Assembly (NCBI GenBank): GCA_963785725.1
Contig: CAWAWS010000003.1
Coordinates: forward strand, 96,001 to 160,000
DNA: 64,000 nt
Direction: 5' to 3'
From: an uncultured delta proteobacterium
Lineage (GTDB): Bacteria > Myxococcota_A > Polyangia > Palsa-1104
In this document: positions 10,386 through 22,780 of the stretch, one piece after another
How positions within the stretch are numbered: the stretch's first letter is position 1
Layout of the letters: every line of letters begins with the position of its first letter
Made by a program: the position numbers and the translations under genes
The notes under the pieces: model-generated
Database searches by the model: none
What the model saw: the letters and a program-made list of their open reading frames with translations, nothing else
Told to the model about the DNA's origin: nothing

Positions 10386-11801
10386 TTACGCGGCGTGATG
10401 CTGGACGGCGACGGTCGTCGTCGGCCGCATCGTCGCCGGAATCGCGATGACCTCCGCCAGCGCCGGCTGCGCGACCGGCTGGGCCACGAGCGCGTCGGAC
10501 GCGCCCAGCGTGTACACCCGACCGCGCCAATCGACCTTCCGCTTGAGCATGTTCTGCACGAGCACCGCCGGCGCAATCAGGAAGAACGCGACCGGCGTCC
10601 AGAAGAAGCGCGCCGGCACCTTCGCGCCGCCGTAGCGACGATTGAGCATGAACAGGCTGGCGCTCAGCATCGCCACCGCCGCCGCCGGCAAGAGCGCGGC
10701 CGCCGCATGACCCGAGACCAACGCCACCACCATCGCCGCGGTCGCCAGGAAGAACTCGGCGCCTTGCAGCCACTGACGCCACACGAACGACACCGGCAAA
10801 CCATTGCGCGAGAAGCTCATCCAGCGACGGAAGACCGGCAGGAACTGCTTGAGCGTCATGCCACCGGTCGCGATGTGCAGCGGCTTACGGCTCATGACGT
10901 TCTTGTAGCCCGCTTCGTAGACGCGCTTGCCGATGGCCATATCGTCGACGAGCTGGCCTTGCACCGACTGCACGCCGCCGATGGCATCGAGCGCCTCGCG
11001 ACGGAACACCATCAGCTGACCCATGATGAACGGCAGCTCGCGCTTCTCACCCGACGCGAAGGCCGCCAGCGGCGAGTAGAGCGCGTTCTGCATGAGCGCG
11101 TAGAGCACGTCGCCCGCGGCCTGCGGCGCCTGATGCACCAGCACCGGCGCGAACGCCGAGCCATTCTTGGGCGACGCCAACAGCGTGTCGACGACGCCGC
11201 GCAACACCTGATGATCGGGCCGCGTGTCGGAGTCGCCGAACGCGATCAGCTCGCCGCGGGCGCGACGCTGGCCGGCGACCATGGCGTTGAGCTTGCCCGT
11301 CATGCCCGCCGGCGGCGCGCCGGCGACGATGACGTCGGCCGTGCCCGGCAAGCCGGCGACGCGATGCGCCTTGACCGCCGCCTGCGCGATCGGCAGCCCC
11401 GGGTCATGCTCGTCGTCGAACACGAACAGCGTCTCGACTTGGCCGGGGTAGCCGGTGTCGAGCGCGGCCGCGAAGTTCTCGGCGGCGTCGACATCCTTGC
11501 CACGCACGGGACGAATGACGGTGATGGAAGGATAGTCGCGGCGGAGCTGCGGCGCCTCGGCGCGCGGCGTAATCGCCGCCGACAGCTTGCGATGCCAGGC
11601 CAGCGCCAGCGCGAAGGTGACGAGGCCCAAGCCGCCGACGGCGAGGCTGACGGCCGAGAGCGACGACAACGCGGCCAACGCCGACGCCAGCGCGGCGCGC
11701 GAGCGGTCTTCGCCGAAGTAGATGCCGACGATGTCGAACGCCAGCGCCGCGCCGAGCAGAATCAAACCGACCATTCCCTTGCCTTCGTCCGTGCGTTTCA
11801 T
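10386..11801 (-). CDS. GT2/GT21 glycosyltransferase (ceramide glucosyltransferase/HpnI-like)
   Basis: IRPVRG, GKLNAM, DSD, LVDD, RRW and C-terminal WRGRVY motifs; transmembrane helices. Confidence 0.8.
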   Translation of the reverse strand: MKRTDEGKGMVGLILLGAALAFDIVGIYFGEDRSRAALASALAALSSLSAVSLAVGGLGLVTFALALAWHRKLSAAITPRAEAPQLRRDYPSITVIRPVRGKDVDAAENFAAALDTGYPGQVETLFVFDDEHDPGLPIAQAAVKAHRVAGLPGTADVIVAGAPPAGMTGKLNAMVAGQRRARGELIAFGDSDTRPDHQVLRGVVDTLLASPKNGSAFAPVLVHQAPQAAGDVLYALMQNALYSPLAAFASGEKRELPFIMGQLMVFRREALDAIGGVQSVQGQLVDDMAIGKRVYEAGYKNVMSRKPLHIATGGMTLKQFLPVFRRWMSFSRNGLPVSFVWRQWLQGAEFFLATAAMVVALVSGHAAAALLPAAAVAMLSASLFMLNRRYGGAKVPARFFWTPVAFFLIAPAVLVQNMLKRKVDWRGRVYTLGASDALVAQPVAQPALAEVIAIPATMRPTTTVAVQHHAA

Positions 11802-11836
11802 CGTCAGCTCCAGCGTTAGAAGTCGACTTCCGCTAA

Positions 11837-11852
11837 AGCATCCGGCGTGCCG
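11837..11852 (-). promoter_or_regulatory. Putative sigma54 -24/-12 promoter
   Basis: CGGCACGCCGGATGCT (GG-N10-GC) ~35 bp upstream of the glycosyltransferase start. Confidence 0.5.
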
Positions 11853-12064
11853 TCGCGAAACCCGCGGACGGCGCGGCTTTCGTGCGCGGCTGTTGGCTTT
11901 CGCGGCGCCGCGGTGGTGAATTCCGCGGCAGCTTCAACCGCGCGTCCGACAGGAGGTGCGACAGCTCACGCGAGGTGTGCAGGTTAATGATGATGGGTAA
12001 CATCGTAGCGAATGATGACGGGGATCATCGATGCGTCTGCCGGCGATCGAGTCGGGTGGCTCGG

Positions 12065-12278
12065 CCGACGGTCGATTCGGCTGGCTCGGGCGACGACCGA
12101 TTCCGGCAGGTCCGTAGACGATCGATTCCGGATCGTACGCGACGATTCCGGATCGTCCGCAGACGATGGATTCTGGATCGTCCGCGGCGATCGATTCCGG
12201 CAGGTCCGCAGACGATCGATTCCGGGTCATCCGCGGCGATCGATTCCGGCAGGTCCGCAGACGATCGATTCCGGAGGA
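12065..12278. repeat. Imperfect tandem repeat (CGATCGATTCCGG core, ~24-bp units)
   Basis: About 8-9 copies such as GACGATCGATTCCGGCAGGTCCGCA, intergenic. Confidence 0.8.
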
Positions 12279-12381
12279 TGGTGGGCTACCGACGGGCCAA
12301 TGGCGACCCCCAGCCGCCCTCCCTGATTATCGGGCGCTCCGCCGAGAAGTTGCGTCCTCGGCTCGCGACATCCGAAAATGC

Positions 12382-12408
12382 AAAAGGGCCCGGGAATCCC
12401 GAGCCCTT
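12382..12408 (-). terminator. Intrinsic terminator
   Basis: AAGGGCTCGGGATTCCCGGGCCCTTTT just after the START-domain gene stop. Confidence 0.7.
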
Positions 12409-12433
12409 CGGCAGCCACGAAAGCGACGCGCGA

Positions 12434-13048
12434 CTAGCGCTTCGAGTACGCGCCGATGACGCCGTTACGATGATCGTTGACCATCTTGCGGATGCCGACG
12501 AACACGTTCGGCAGATCCTTGGCCGCGCCGCCGCTGATCATCCACTTCGGCACCGAGCCCGCGAAATCGATGCGCACATGGTAGATGGCGTAAGTCGCCG
12601 TGCCGCCGCGAATCGGGCGCAATTCCCACTGCCCGGTCAGCGTCGTCATGCGCACCGCCTTCTTGGTCGCGCCCGGACCGCGCGAGTTGTCGACGTGAAA
12701 GCGAATGCCGTTGGGCGTGCCTTCGGTCCAATTGATGAGCAGCGTGAAGTCGCGATCTTTGATGACCGGCAGCTTCAAGTGCTGATAGACCGCCTGCTCG
12801 CCCTGGCCACGCGTCAACACCGTGCTCTCGGCCAGGTGCGGGTTGACGCGCGGGTGATTGCCGTAGTCGAGCAGCGCCGTCTGGACTTCGGCCGGCGACG
12901 CGTCGAACTCGCCGGTCGCAGCCAGCTCGGTCATGGCCGCGGCCTTCTTCTGAAAGACGGCGACGCCGTCATGGCCGCCGATCGCGGAGAAGCCCGGCTC
13001 CACCAGCGCGGCAGCAACTGCAAACATCGAAACGATGATGGCGCTCAT
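12434..13048 (-). CDS. START/SRPBCC lipid-binding domain protein
   Basis: YQHLKLPVIKDRDF, GQWEL and DFAGSVPKW motifs; signal-like N-terminus. Confidence 0.75.
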   Translation of the reverse strand: MSAIIVSMFAVAAALVEPGFSAIGGHDGVAVFQKKAAAMTELAATGEFDASPAEVQTALLDYGNHPRVNPHLAESTVLTRGQGEQAVYQHLKLPVIKDRDFTLLINWTEGTPNGIRFHVDNSRGPGATKKAVRMTTLTGQWELRPIRGGTATYAIYHVRIDFAGSVPKWMISGGAAKDLPNVFVGIRKMVNDHRNGVIGAYSKR

Positions 13049-13079
13049 TGTCGTTCTCCTGTCTCTCGCCATTCCCTAA

Positions 13080-13095
13080 AGCAAGCGCCGGGCCG
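13080..13095 (-). promoter_or_regulatory. Putative sigma54 promoter
   Basis: CGGCCCGGCGCTTGCT (GG-N10-GC) upstream of an AGGAG RBS. Confidence 0.5.
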
Positions 13096-13328
13096 CTCGC
13101 GAAACTCACTCTTTCAGCGCACTTAGCGATTCATCGGCGATCGCGACGGGCGAATGTTCGACAGCTGCTGTCGCGATTTCGAGCGCCGAGCGGCGTGGAT
13201 CACGACGGCTGCCGGCGACCGTCGTCATGGCGAACCTGGCGCGCCACGACGCCCGGCGGCGCGCGCTCATTGTATTGTGGGCGCCGATCATCATTGCGCG
13301 CATCGAGCGCCTAGACGAGGAGCCGTGC

Positions 13329-14534
13329 ATGAGCTCGAAGGGTCTTTCGCAGTCGGGGCTGCAGCGGCTGCATCGCGTGCTGTCCGGTCACGTCGAGCGC
13401 CGCGAGCTGCCGGGCTTGGTCGCCGTCGTCAGCCGCCACGATGACCTGCACGTCGAGTGCTTAGGCACGCTGTCGGTCGGCCAGCCGGCGCCGATGCAGC
13501 GCGACACGATCTTCCGCATCGCGTCGCTGACGAAGCCGATCGTGGCCGCGGCGGCGATGATGCTCGTCGAAGAATGTCGGCTGCGCCTCGACGAGTCGAT
13601 CGAGCACTGGCTACCGGAGCTGGCCAATCGACGCGTGCTGAAGTCGATCTCGTCGCCGCTCGATCACACGGTGCCGGCCAATCGCGCGATCACGGTGCGC
13701 GACCTCTTGACCTATCGCATGGGCTTCGGAAGCGTCATGGCGCCGCCCGACACCTATCCGATCCAGAGGCTCATTCGCGAATACAAGATCGGCGGCGATG
13801 GTCCGCCGCTGCCGGCGCTGGCGCCGACCACCGAGCAGTGGCTGCAGAGTCTGGCGTCGCTGCCGTGGCTGGCGCAGCCGGGCGAGCAGTGGCTGTACAA
13901 CACCAGCGCCGACGTGCTCGGCATCCTCGTCGCGCGCGTCGCCGGGCAGCCGCTGGGCGAGCTCTTGCGCGAGCGCATCTTTGCGCCGCTGGGCATGAAA
14001 GACACGGCGTTTTACGTGCCGGCCGACAAGCGCGCGCGGCTGGCCGAGAGCTACCGCTTCGACGCGCAAACGAGCACGCTGCAAGTCTACGATCGCGCGC
14101 AGGACAGCGCCTGGGGTGCGCCGCCGCCGATCGAATCGGGCGCCGGCGGGCTCGTCGGCACGCTCGACGACTACTTCGCCTTTTGCCGCATGATGCTCGA
14201 TCGCGGCCGCTACGGCGGCGTGCAACTGTTGTCGCGCGCCAGCGTCGCGCTCATGACGTCCGATCAGCTGACGCCGGCCGAGCGCGCGGGCTCCGCCCTC
14301 TTCTTCGGCGCGCACTCGAGCTGGGGCTTCGGCCTGTCGGTCGACATCCAGCGCGACCAGCTCTACCGCTCGCCCGGCCGCTTCGGCTGGGACGGCGGCC
14401 TCGGCACGTCCGGCTATGTCGATCCGGCCGAGCAGCTCATCGGCATCCTGTTCACGCAGCGCATGATGGAGTCGCCCGAGCCGCCGCGCGTCTTCAGCGA
14501 CTTCTGGACGACCGCCTACGCAGCGATGGAATAG
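13329..14534 (+). CDS. Serine hydrolase, beta-lactamase family
   Basis: FRIASLTK (SxxK), LLTYRMG, PGEQWLYN and FGWDGG motifs. Confidence 0.9.
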   Translation: MSSKGLSQSGLQRLHRVLSGHVERRELPGLVAVVSRHDDLHVECLGTLSVGQPAPMQRDTIFRIASLTKPIVAAAAMMLVEECRLRLDESIEHWLPELANRRVLKSISSPLDHTVPANRAITVRDLLTYRMGFGSVMAPPDTYPIQRLIREYKIGGDGPPLPALAPTTEQWLQSLASLPWLAQPGEQWLYNTSADVLGILVARVAGQPLGELLRERIFAPLGMKDTAFYVPADKRARLAESYRFDAQTSTLQVYDRAQDSAWGAPPPIESGAGGLVGTLDDYFAFCRMMLDRGRYGGVQLLSRASVALMTSDQLTPAERAGSALFFGAHSSWGFGLSVDIQRDQLYRSPGRFGWDGGLGTSGYVDPAEQLIGILFTQRMMESPEPPRVFSDFWTTAYAAME

Positions 14535-14550
14535 CGTGCAGGACTAAGCA

Positions 14551-16168
<1,618 letters not shown>

Positions 16169-16176
<8 letters not shown>

Positions 16177-17569
16177 GGACGATTCCTCCGCGTGGACCGG
16201 GCACCGAGAACATGAGGATGGTCGCTGGCCCGCTCGCCGACAAGCGGTAGCCGCCGCGCATCGTCGCCGGGATGAACGCGGGCACGCTCGGGCTCAGCAT
16301 CGACGTCGAGCCGTTGTCGTCGGTGAGCTCGACATCGCCGCGCACGACCACGAGCTGCTGAAAGACGCCCGGGCCGTGATCGCCCGACCACGTCGCCGGG
16401 ATCGTGCTCGTGCCGTCGAGCTCGAGGCGATGCGCGGTGAAGAACGGCCACTCGGCCTCGTCGACGAGCCGGAGCAGCTGCGCGCGATGCTGGCCGCGCT
16501 CGCCGATCGGCACCGGCACGCGGCGCAGCGCATCGATCGACGTCGCGCTCAGGTCGACGCCGAGCAGCTGCTGCGCCAAGTCGACGCTGCGCAGGCCGTG
16601 GTTGGCGTCGCCTTTGCGGAAGCGGGCGCGCTGACCGTCCCAGATGAACGGCGTGTAGAAGTCGGCGAGGCTGTAGGTGGTATCCGAGCTCTGCTGCGGC
16701 TCGACCAGCGTCAGCTTGCCGTCGATCGACATCGGCAGCCAGCCTTCATTCTTCGGCGGCGCCAGGTTCTGCGCGCGAAGCGCCGGCAAATCGGCGGCGG
16801 CAATGAGGCCGTGCAAGTCACTGTCGGTGCCGCCCGCTTGCGCCAGCCGACGCAGCTGCCGCAGCAACGTCTGCAACGCCGGCCGCGTGTGATCGAGCGG
16901 ATGCGTCTGATGCGAGAGACCGAAGATGGCGTGCATGACGCCCGCCGACGTCAAGAGCAGGTTGCCGTCTTCGCGCTCGAGGTCGACCTCGTTGAGCACC
17001 TCGACGATCTGCGCGCGATTGGTGCGCAGCTGATCGAGCCACTCGGTCAGCCGCTCGGTCTTGCCTTCGTGCGTGAACGGCTGCAGCCGCGCCGCCAGGT
17101 TCGCCGTGTCGTCGCTCTGCCAACGCACGCGCGCCTGCAAGGTCGCCCAATCGGAATACAGCGACGCGAAGGACTCGAAGCGCGCGCGATCCGTCAGATT
17201 CAGCGACGAGAGCAGCTGCCGCAAGAGCGCCTGCTCGCGAGCGAGCCAGCCGGTCAGCTCGGCGCGGTCGACGTCGCGGTTGAAGCCGACGTGCACGAGC
17301 GGCGGGAAGTCGGCGTGCAGGAATTTGGTGAAGATGGGCAGATCGTCGCCGAAGAGCGCGCGCGACCAATCGCCGAGCACCTCGGGATGGGCAGCGACGA
17401 TGTCGGCGAGCGCGGGGCTGCCGGGCGCGTTGGAGACGATGGCGCCGGCCTCTCGTCGCGCCGAGTTGAGCCAACGTTCGCTGCCCCACGACTTCGGCGA
17501 ATCGACGGCGCGAAGGACGAAGGCGCGCCGCTCGAGGTCGATCTCGTTCGTTTCCATGGTGTGCCTCAA
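16169..17569 (-). CDS. Divergent cupin protein, mannose-6-phosphate isomerase-like
   Basis: KSWGSE, LPIFTKFL, HAIFGLSHQTHP, EPQQSSDTTY and FIPA motifs; overlaps the mutase gene. Confidence 0.55.
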
Positions 17570-17846
17570 AGCATTGGCAATGCCAACTGTAAGCTATTGA
17601 ATTGTGCCGGCATCTGTTGCGTTCGTCGACACTTTCGCCACAGTGGCGTCGGAAAGTGCAACGTGAGCGCTCGGCGTGCGACGGCGTTCGCATGCGTGCG
17701 GCGAGCGGTTCGGCGCGTGCGCGGACGATCTCGGTCGGCGGGTTCGGCGCGGGCGGGGAAGGTTTCGGCGGCGCGGAGGCGGTGGCCGGCACGGCTTCGG
17801 CGCGCGGGCCGGCGCTGCCCAACGGTTGGCTTGCGATCGTGGCCGA

Positions 17847-18515
17847 CTATTGCCCGCCCGGCAGCGGACCAGGACCATGGAAGTGAGGGATGCAGCGACC
17901 CAAGATGCACACAGTCCCGGTCGCGCAGATCTGACTGTGCCTCTCGCCATACTCATCGCAGGTGATCACGGCGTTGCCGCTGCAGCTGGCGCTGCCGGCG
18001 ACACAGGGAGTGATCGGGGTGTTCGGCGCGTCCCACTTGATGGTGTCGGCGATCTGCGTGCAGTGCGCCGCGTTGGCGGTCTCGTAGTAGCCGAAGTCAT
18101 CTTGGCAGCCGATGCCGACAAAGGCGCCCGACTCCGTCGACGACTGGAACGCGCGCACGTGGCCGGCCCAGCCGCCGCCCAACGGATAGGGGACGTCCGC
18201 GAGCTGAAAAGAGAGCTGTTCGTCCGGGTTGTACACGCACACCAGATTGCTCGCGGGATCGAGCTGCGGGGCGCCGGCGCCGGTCACGAGCGGCGCGTCG
18301 GAGAGCAGGATGCCCACGCTCGGGTCGCACTCGGCCATGGCCATGTCGACGGTGCCGACGCTGAACGGCCTGATGGCGACGCCGGAGCTGTGCACGATCG
18401 GCTGATGCATCGCGTCCCAGGTTACGGAGGTGATGCTGTGTGTATGGGCAGGCGACTCGGCATTGTTGCAACCGGCGATCGCGAGCAGGCACAGCAACGA
18501 GCGTAGTCTAGACAT
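17847..18515 (-). CDS. Cys-rich hypothetical lipoprotein
   Basis: Lipobox IAGC; AGGAG RBS; Cys-rich C-terminus. Confidence 0.65.
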   Translation of the reverse strand: MSRLRSLLCLLAIAGCNNAESPAHTHSITSVTWDAMHQPIVHSSGVAIRPFSVGTVDMAMAECDPSVGILLSDAPLVTGAGAPQLDPASNLVCVYNPDEQLSFQLADVPYPLGGGWAGHVRAFQSSTESGAFVGIGCQDDFGYYETANAAHCTQIADTIKWDAPNTPITPCVAGSASCSGNAVITCDEYGERHSQICATGTVCILGRCIPHFHGPGPLPGGQ

Positions 18516-18545
18516 TGGGCGACTCCTTGGGTTGCGGCGTCGCGT

Positions 18546-18561
18546 TGCAAATTTCGTCCCG
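18546..18561 (-). promoter_or_regulatory. Putative sigma54 promoter
   Basis: CGGGACGAAATTTGCA ~30 bp upstream of the lipoprotein start. Confidence 0.5.
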
Positions 18562-18890
18562 CGTGCGTCGCGGCGTCGAATGCGCCGTTGCCGCGTCGCG
18601 CGTAGCCGAGCCGTCCACAGGCTGATCATTGACTAGTCGCGCGACGACACCAGCGTGTCAGCGCGCAGCGCGACCAGATCATGGCTGTCGCAGACCACCG
18701 TGGCATTCCTGTCGCGCGCTGGACTGGACGTGGTCACCGAGAGGAGCAGCTGCTCGTCGTCGAGACGCGGAGAGGCGCGCAGCGTTCGCGAGGCCGAAGC
18801 GAGACTCGTCGGCTTGGTCGCCGCCGGCGCGCCGCATTCGGCACTGATTCCGTGCAAGTCTGGCGCATCGTGTGCATAGCCGTGGCAGCC

Positions 18891-20804
18891 ATGTCACCGG
18901 TCTGGGTGCGCGCTCCACTCGGCATCGCGCCGCTGCTCGCCGTTGCGCTCGCAGGCGGCTGCCATCGCTCCCGCGCCGCCTGCAATCCGCTCGTCGGCGA
19001 CGATTGCTTGACGCCCTTTCCGTCGAGCATCTACCTCGTGCCCGATGCCAACAGCGCCACCGGCGTGCGCGTACAGATCCCCGAAGACGCGCTGCCGCAA
19101 CAGGCCGGCGCCGGCGGACACGTCCGCCCCGATCGGCTCGACCGGCTGGACGGCTTCTCGCCGGCGACGCCCTTTCTCGTCTACTTCCGCCGCGGCGTCG
19201 CGGCCGCGCAGCTGCCGCGCGCCGACGACCCCGAGCGCTCGACGCGCGTGACCTCGCCGGTGCAGATCCTCGAATATGCGACGGGCGCGCGGGTCCCGCT
19301 CATGGCCGAGCTCGACGAGGCGGCGCGCCACAATGGCCGCCAAGCGCTCGTCATTCGCCCGCTCGTGCGGCTGCGGCCGGGCACGCGCTACATCGTCGCG
19401 CTCGTCGGGCTGCGCGATGCGAGCGGCGCGCCGCTCGAGCCCGCGCCCTTTTTGGCGCTGCGCGATCGCACGCCGCTGCCGCCGACGCTGGCACCGCTGG
19501 CGCCGCGCTACGAGGAGATCTTCGCCGCGCTCGAGCGCGCCCAGGTGCCGCGTGCCACGCTGAGCCTCGCTTGGGACGTCACCACGGCATCGGACGCGAC
19601 CGCGACCGCTCACCTCGTCGGCATGCGCAACACGGCGCTGGCGCTGCTCGGCGCGGGCAAGCTCGGCTATACCATCTCGTCGATTCGCGAGCCGGCGCAC
19701 GATCCGCTGCTGCTACGCGAGCTCGGCGCGACCGTCCAAGTGCCCTCGTTCCTCGCGCCCGACGGCCGGACGCTGAACCTCGACGACGCGGGCCGCCCGA
19801 AGATGCGCGCGCTCGTCGACGTGCCCTTCTTCGCGCACGTGCCCGTATGCGCGCGGCGCGCGACGCATTCGCTGCCCATCGTCGTCATCGGCCATGCGCT
19901 GCTCGGCAACGCGCGCGAGACGTTGAACCTGCTCGCGCTCGAGCGCTTCGCCAACCAATATTGTGCGATCGTCGTCGCCACCGACTGGCTCGGCCTGGCC
20001 ACGTCCGACCTCGCCATGCTGGCCGAGCTGCTGCCGAGCGACTTCAATCGCATCTACGCCGTGACCGATCGTTTGCAACAAGCCCACGTCAACGCGCAGG
20101 TCATGACACGCCAGCTCGTGACGCACATCAAGGACGATCCTGCGCTGGCCCTCGACGGACGCGCGCTCACCGACGGCAGCGAGGTCTACTACTTCGGCGT
20201 CTCCAACGGTGGCATCCAAGGTCCGGCGTATCTCGCGCTCAGCCCCGACGTGACGCGCGGCGTGCTCCAGGTCGCCGGCGCCGACTGGTCGCTGATGCTC
20301 TTTCGCTGCAGCGATTTTCGCCTCTTGCTCCATCTGATGGCGGGTCCGCTGCCCGATCCGCTCGATCGCCAGATCGCCGTCGCCGCGATGCAGTCGGAGT
20401 GGGACTACACCGACGCCGCGACGTTCGCGCCGCATCTGCTCGCCGATCCATTGCCGGGCAGCGGACGCAAACACGTGCTGCTGCAAGAGTCGCTCGGCGA
20501 TGCCGAAGTGACCAACCTCGCCACCGAGCTCCTGGCGCGCACGGTCGGCGTGGCGGGGCTGCAGCTCTTGCGGCCCGTCTTCGACATCGCCTCGGCGCCG
20601 CCGCCGCTCGACTCGGCGCTGACGCAGTGGGATCTGCGACCCAACGTGCTACCGCCGGCGAGCAATACGGCGCTGCCGCACGACAACGGCGCGCACACCG
20701 TGCTCTATGGCTATCCGGTCGCGCAGCAGCAGGTGATGCGGTTTTTCCAGCCCGAAGGCCGCGTCACCGACGTCTGCCACGGACCCTGCACCATCGGCTT
20801 CTAA
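18891..20804 (+). CDS. Lipoprotein with Ig-like N-terminal region and alpha/beta-hydrolase (lipase-like) domain
   Basis: LAGGC lipobox; PFPS, DGFSP, GVSNGG nucleophile elbow, D and H candidates. Confidence 0.7.
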   Translation: MSPVWVRAPLGIAPLLAVALAGGCHRSRAACNPLVGDDCLTPFPSSIYLVPDANSATGVRVQIPEDALPQQAGAGGHVRPDRLDRLDGFSPATPFLVYFRRGVAAAQLPRADDPERSTRVTSPVQILEYATGARVPLMAELDEAARHNGRQALVIRPLVRLRPGTRYIVALVGLRDASGAPLEPAPFLALRDRTPLPPTLAPLAPRYEEIFAALERAQVPRATLSLAWDVTTASDATATAHLVGMRNTALALLGAGKLGYTISSIREPAHDPLLLRELGATVQVPSFLAPDGRTLNLDDAGRPKMRALVDVPFFAHVPVCARRATHSLPIVVIGHALLGNARETLNLLALERFANQYCAIVVATDWLGLATSDLAMLAELLPSDFNRIYAVTDRLQQAHVNAQVMTRQLVTHIKDDPALALDGRALTDGSEVYYFGVSNGGIQGPAYLALSPDVTRGVLQVAGADWSLMLFRCSDFRLLLHLMAGPLPDPLDRQIAVAAMQSEWDYTDAATFAPHLLADPLPGSGRKHVLLQESLGDAEVTNLATELLARTVGVAGLQLLRPVFDIASAPPPLDSALTQWDLRPNVLPPASNTALPHDNGAHTVLYGYPVAQQQVMRFFQPEGRVTDVCHGPCTIGF

Positions 20805-20830
20805 AAAAAGCCCGCACCGAAGTGCGGGCC
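20803..20830 (-). terminator. Intrinsic terminator between convergent genes
   Basis: GGCCCGCACTTCGGTGCGGGCTTTTTTT on the minus strand. Confidence 0.8.
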
Positions 20831-20858
20831 TGGGTTCGACGTCGGCGAACGACGTTGC

Positions 20859-21305
20859 TTAGAAGCAGCCGCTGCCGGCGCGGATGCCACACTGCGACAG
20901 CGAGATCGACGTGAACGTGACCGACGCCGTGCCGCCCGGCGTGTCGAGGTCCTTGGCCATGACGGTCACCGGGTTGTCCTGCGCCTGCCAGTTGTTGTAG
21001 CAATCGGGGCCGCCGCCCGCCGGCAAGAACCCGAACAGGAACTCGAGGTTGTTGACGTCGCCCTTCGCGTCGGCCTTGCCCTCGCCGAGATTCACCCAGC
21101 CCGACTCGCCGTAGACGCCGAGGAGCTCGACTTGGACGGTGCCGTTGGGCGTAAAGCCCGAGCCCGACACGTGGATGAGGCCGCCCGGGCACTCCTCCGA
21201 GTCGACGAACGACGTGATCGTGGGGTTGGTCGTGCACGCCGCCGACGGAACGAGGAACGCACCTGCTACCAGTGCTGCTGCTGCGAGCTTCAGAACATAG
21301 GTCAT
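20859..21305 (-). CDS. Secreted hypothetical protein (Ig-like)
   Basis: Signal peptide; VSGSGFTPNG motif; AGGAGG RBS. Confidence 0.65.
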   Translation of the reverse strand: MTYVLKLAAAALVAGAFLVPSAACTTNPTITSFVDSEECPGGLIHVSGSGFTPNGTVQVELLGVYGESGWVNLGEGKADAKGDVNNLEFLFGFLPAGGGPDCYNNWQAQDNPVTVMAKDLDTPGGTASVTFTSISLSQCGIRAGSGCF

Positions 21306-21332
21306 ATGGGACCCTCCTGAGCGCGCGCACCG

Positions 21333-21348
21333 TGCAACGAACGTACCT
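21333..21348 (-). promoter_or_regulatory. Putative sigma54 promoter
   Basis: AGGTACGTTCGTTGCA (GG-N10-GC) ~28 bp upstream of the start. Confidence 0.45.
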
Positions 21349-21593
21349 CGTATCGTTTATCGAATAATCTGTTTTCGATTATTATGAATCGCAGCAGAAT
21401 ACGGCGGCGGCTCGTGCGTTGAACCTCGCGGCGCGCCGCGGGTTCCGTCGTCCTGCTGTCGCTCCGACGGCAACTTTCGCTGGCGACTGCAGCTTTATTA
21501 GCAACTGCAAGGTATGCGCTGGCGCACGTGCACGAGCGCGTGACAGCTCGTGATCCAAATCAACCGATATTCACACATATGTTTCGATATCGA

Positions 21594-22472
21594 TTATGCC
21601 GACGATCGCGTGAGGCTGACACGCGATCGCGACCACCGCTCGACGACGAGCGCGCAGCCGATCGCAGCCAGCGCCAAGGACTGCGACGTCGACACGTGCG
21701 CGAGCAGATAGCGGCGCTCCTCGTCGCCGCGCAGCCACTCGAGCGCGAAACGCAAGAGACCGTAGCCGCCGAGCCAAGCGAGGAACACCTGTCCGTCGTA
21801 GCGACGCCGCGGCAGCAGCCAGACGAGCAGGAAGAACAGCGCAAGCTCGCCTGCGGCCTCGTAGAGCTGCACGGGATGCAGAGGCGGCGTCGTGACTGCG
21901 AAGGGAATGTGGCCGGCGGCGAAGAGCTGCTCGAAGGCGAGGCTATCGCGCCCGAAGCGCACCGCCCACGGCGCGTCGCTCGCCGTCCCGTAGCAGCAGC
22001 CGGCGAGGAAGCAGCCGACGCGACCGACGGCGTGACCGAGCGCCACCGACGGGATGAGAAAGTCGAGCGTGCGGGCGAAGCCGAGGCCGGAGCGGCGCGT
22101 GTAGGCGGCGAGAAAAATCAGGCAGCCGATGACGCCGCCGTAAAACACGAGGTCGCCGCCTTGCCAAATGCGCAGCGCTTGCGTGCAGCCGACGAGCGCC
22201 TGTGCCGTCGAGCCGGAAGCAATCCCGGCGCGGCACAGCGTCACGAAGCGGTCGGGATTGGTGGCGACGAACAAGAGCCGCCCACCGATGAGCGACGCGA
22301 GGACCAGCCCGATCCACAGGCCCGCGACGACGCGCGGGTCCACACCGGCGCTGCGCGCGTGGCGATGCGCGACGAGCGCCGCGACGGCGAAGCCGATCGC
22401 AGCCAGCACGCCGTAGCTGGCGAACGGCACTTCGCGTCCGAGCCAATGGAGCTGAAAGAGGATGGGATGCAT
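21594..22472 (-). CDS. lgt: Prolipoprotein diacylglyceryl transferase
   Basis: MHPILF, YG, GGRL, FYGG, GRVGCFLAGCCYG, HPVQLYE and RFALEWLR motifs. Confidence 0.9.
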   Translation of the reverse strand: MHPILFQLHWLGREVPFASYGVLAAIGFAVAALVAHRHARSAGVDPRVVAGLWIGLVLASLIGGRLLFVATNPDRFVTLCRAGIASGSTAQALVGCTQALRIWQGGDLVFYGGVIGCLIFLAAYTRRSGLGFARTLDFLIPSVALGHAVGRVGCFLAGCCYGTASDAPWAVRFGRDSLAFEQLFAAGHIPFAVTTPPLHPVQLYEAAGELALFFLLVWLLPRRRYDGQVFLAWLGGYGLLRFALEWLRGDEERRYLLAHVSTSQSLALAAIGCALVVERWSRSRVSLTRSSA

Positions 22473-22780
22473 GACCGATGGCGCTAATTGCAGATTCGAT
22501 GCCACGCATTGGGGCGTAGCGCGGCGGTGGGGCCGGCCGCGGAAGCTGCGCAAACGCCAGACGCCGCTACTGCCAAACCCCTCTACGAATACTCAATCAA
22601 ACCAGCCCAGCTCAGCCAATGCTCGGTGATCGCCCGATTCGCCAAGCGAACGGTCATTGTCGTGGTCTTCGAGCGCAAGCAGCACCCATTTCTCGTCGCT
22701 GTTTGCGCGCACGTCGGCGTCGCCGCTGCCGGAGCCCGCGCCGTCCTTGCCGTCGCGACGCGGACAAGCGGGCGTCGACG

